A stretch of 54,245 nucleotides of DNA, taken from NCBI GenBank assembly GCA_032718475.1, contig JAUCBJ010000349.1, positions 1 to 54,245 of the forward strand, in the 5' to 3' direction. The DNA comes from Nemertoderma westbladi. Its lineage: Eukaryota > Animalia > Xenacoelomorpha. The position numbers and the translations under genes were made by a program. Under the pieces are notes generated by a model, which saw nothing but the letters and a program-made list of their open reading frames with translations, did no database searches and was not told the DNA's origin. Of the stretch, positions 52,673 to 54,245 are shown one piece after another (the stretch's first letter is position 1; each line of letters opens with the position of its first letter).

Positions 52673-54095
52673 TTAAGAATGCTGTGCCGGCTTATCGACA
52701 AAATTGCACCGCCACAACTCCCTATCACCCAAGACATTTGCTAGATCATCCGCATCTTCAAGGCCAGTGTCCTTTAAGATGCGTCTCAAGAAAGTCATGC
52801 GCTGTCCACCATGCTTATTCACTCCATGAGGCTGCCAAAGTACAAGATTATGCACTGGCTGGTCCTCACGGCGAAAGCAATGTCCTGCAAAGCGGAGGCG
52901 ATTTTGTTCTAGTGTCAAGCTTGGGGGAACCAATGAGACACCTCCAATGTTATACAGTGTCTGGTTGGAGATGTGTGCATTGTACTTGACACAATGAACC
53001 CGGCGTAGCATTCTTTGAATGTGCCATCCAGAGATTTGGTGTCCTCAGCAGTTAGAGCCCAGCATGGACTCCCATAAAGGAGTACTGGAACTACTGCTGC
53101 TCTAAATAATTAGACCTTAAGTTTCCGATTAATTCTCGGTGACTTCCAAATCCTGGAAAGCCTATTCAAGGCTGCCCATGCCTTTCCCTTACGTATTCGA
53201 AGGTCCTCACCTGACTTCCGGATCCATGATCCCAGGTAACAGAAGTCATCCACGTGCTCAAGCATTCCATCTTTTGAGCTTATGTTCATCCGATCAGAGA
53301 CTTGCTGAGGACTTTCAAAGTTAACTGTCAACATTTTGGTCTTTCTGGAGTTAATAAAAAGACCAACACTAGAAGCAGCATGTTCTAATGAGCTGAGGAG
53401 CCGTTGGGCTCCCTCTAGTGATTCTGAGAGTACTCCTAAGTCATCAGCAAAGTCTAGATCAGTTAGGTACTTGGAGTTCTCCCCGGAGGACGCCCCATAA
53501 CACTTCAAATGGTTCTGTGTCACCGTCAACAGTAGACACAAATGTTGTCGAACCATCGTATACTGATCTGATTGCTGCAATAATTTCATCATGAATCCCA
53601 TATAATGAAAGTATGCTAAACATACGTGAGCGAGAGACTGAATCAAAGGCCTTGAAGATGTCAACAAAGATAACAGCTAGATGCCTGTCTTTCTTTTTTG
53701 ATAACTCTTCAATTATCCTTCTAAGTGCCAAAATGGGCTCCATGGTCCCACGACCTTTACGGAAGCCATTCTGATTTCCACGGAGCAGTCTCTCAATTGG
53801 ATCCCTGATGCGATTTAATAGAATTCTATTGTATAGCTTTGCAGCAATCGAGATCAATGAGATTGAGATTCCCCGAAAAGAACCATAGAGTGTTAGGTTG
53901 CCCTTCTTGGGAACTGGCACCAACTTATTTGTTTTCATTTCTTGTGGGACTCTTGTTGTTCGGTACATGTCTACTATGATGGGATAGATGAGCTTTAAAT
54001 ATTCAGGTATTTTAAAGACCTCAGGGGGAACACCATCTACTCCACTGGCACGATTGGTCTTAATGCTCTTTGCAGCAGCCTTCACTTCTGCAAAG
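52673..54095 (-). mobile_element. 5'-truncated, frameshifted LINE (RTE-like) reverse-transcriptase remnant
   Basis: ASGVDGVPPE, VPVPKKG, FRGISI, NQNGFRKGRGT, FVDIFKAFDSVSR, DLDFADD, FCYLGSWI and RLRFAGHCFR across three broken ORFs. Confidence 0.93.
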
Positions 54096-54190
54096 CCTAT
54101 AACAATAATGCAATAAAGAGCTATTATCATCTATACCGTGCTAATACTGTAGAATACAGGCTTACATAGCCTATATGAATATGCCTAGAC

Positions 54191-54220
54191 ATTCTCGCGC
54201 TTAGAAGGATAATCGAAGAG
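54191..54220 (+). mobile_element. 30-bp fragment of a related LINE RT in the opposite orientation
   Basis: attctcgcgcttagaaggataatcgaagag encodes ILALRRIIEE, the same peptide as 53705-53734 on the minus strand, with synonymous differences. Confidence 0.6.
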
Positions 54221-54245
54221 TAAAGGCCTGTTTACACGTGGCAAC

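Overview
Eukaryotic (animal-like, intron-poor) genomic window. It holds a 4-exon TRAPPC10 gene (+, 2447-13393, about 1210 aa) whose introns are filled with a decayed LINE, two TIR-bounded non-autonomous elements and a 62-bp minisatellite. A ~33.5-kb satellite of 31/32/33-bp units (13578-47098) starts ~185 bp after the TRAPPC10 stop. Beyond it lie an intronless SLC18B1-like MFS transporter (+), a 26-bp tandem repeat, an intronless N-acetylglucosamine kinase (NAGK, -) and a truncated RTE-like LINE (-). Two signals are not explained by the ORF track. First, a ~650-nt non-coding element occurs in two diverged, oppositely oriented copies (~1137-1800 and ~5557-6247) and shows compensatory base changes, strand-polarised G-U pairs and a conserved long-range pseudoknot-type pairing, making it a candidate large structured RNA. 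Second, a ~185-bp module with two CCAAT boxes sits at nearly the same distance and orientation upstream of both TRAPPC10 and NAGK. All alignments and pairings were done by eye.
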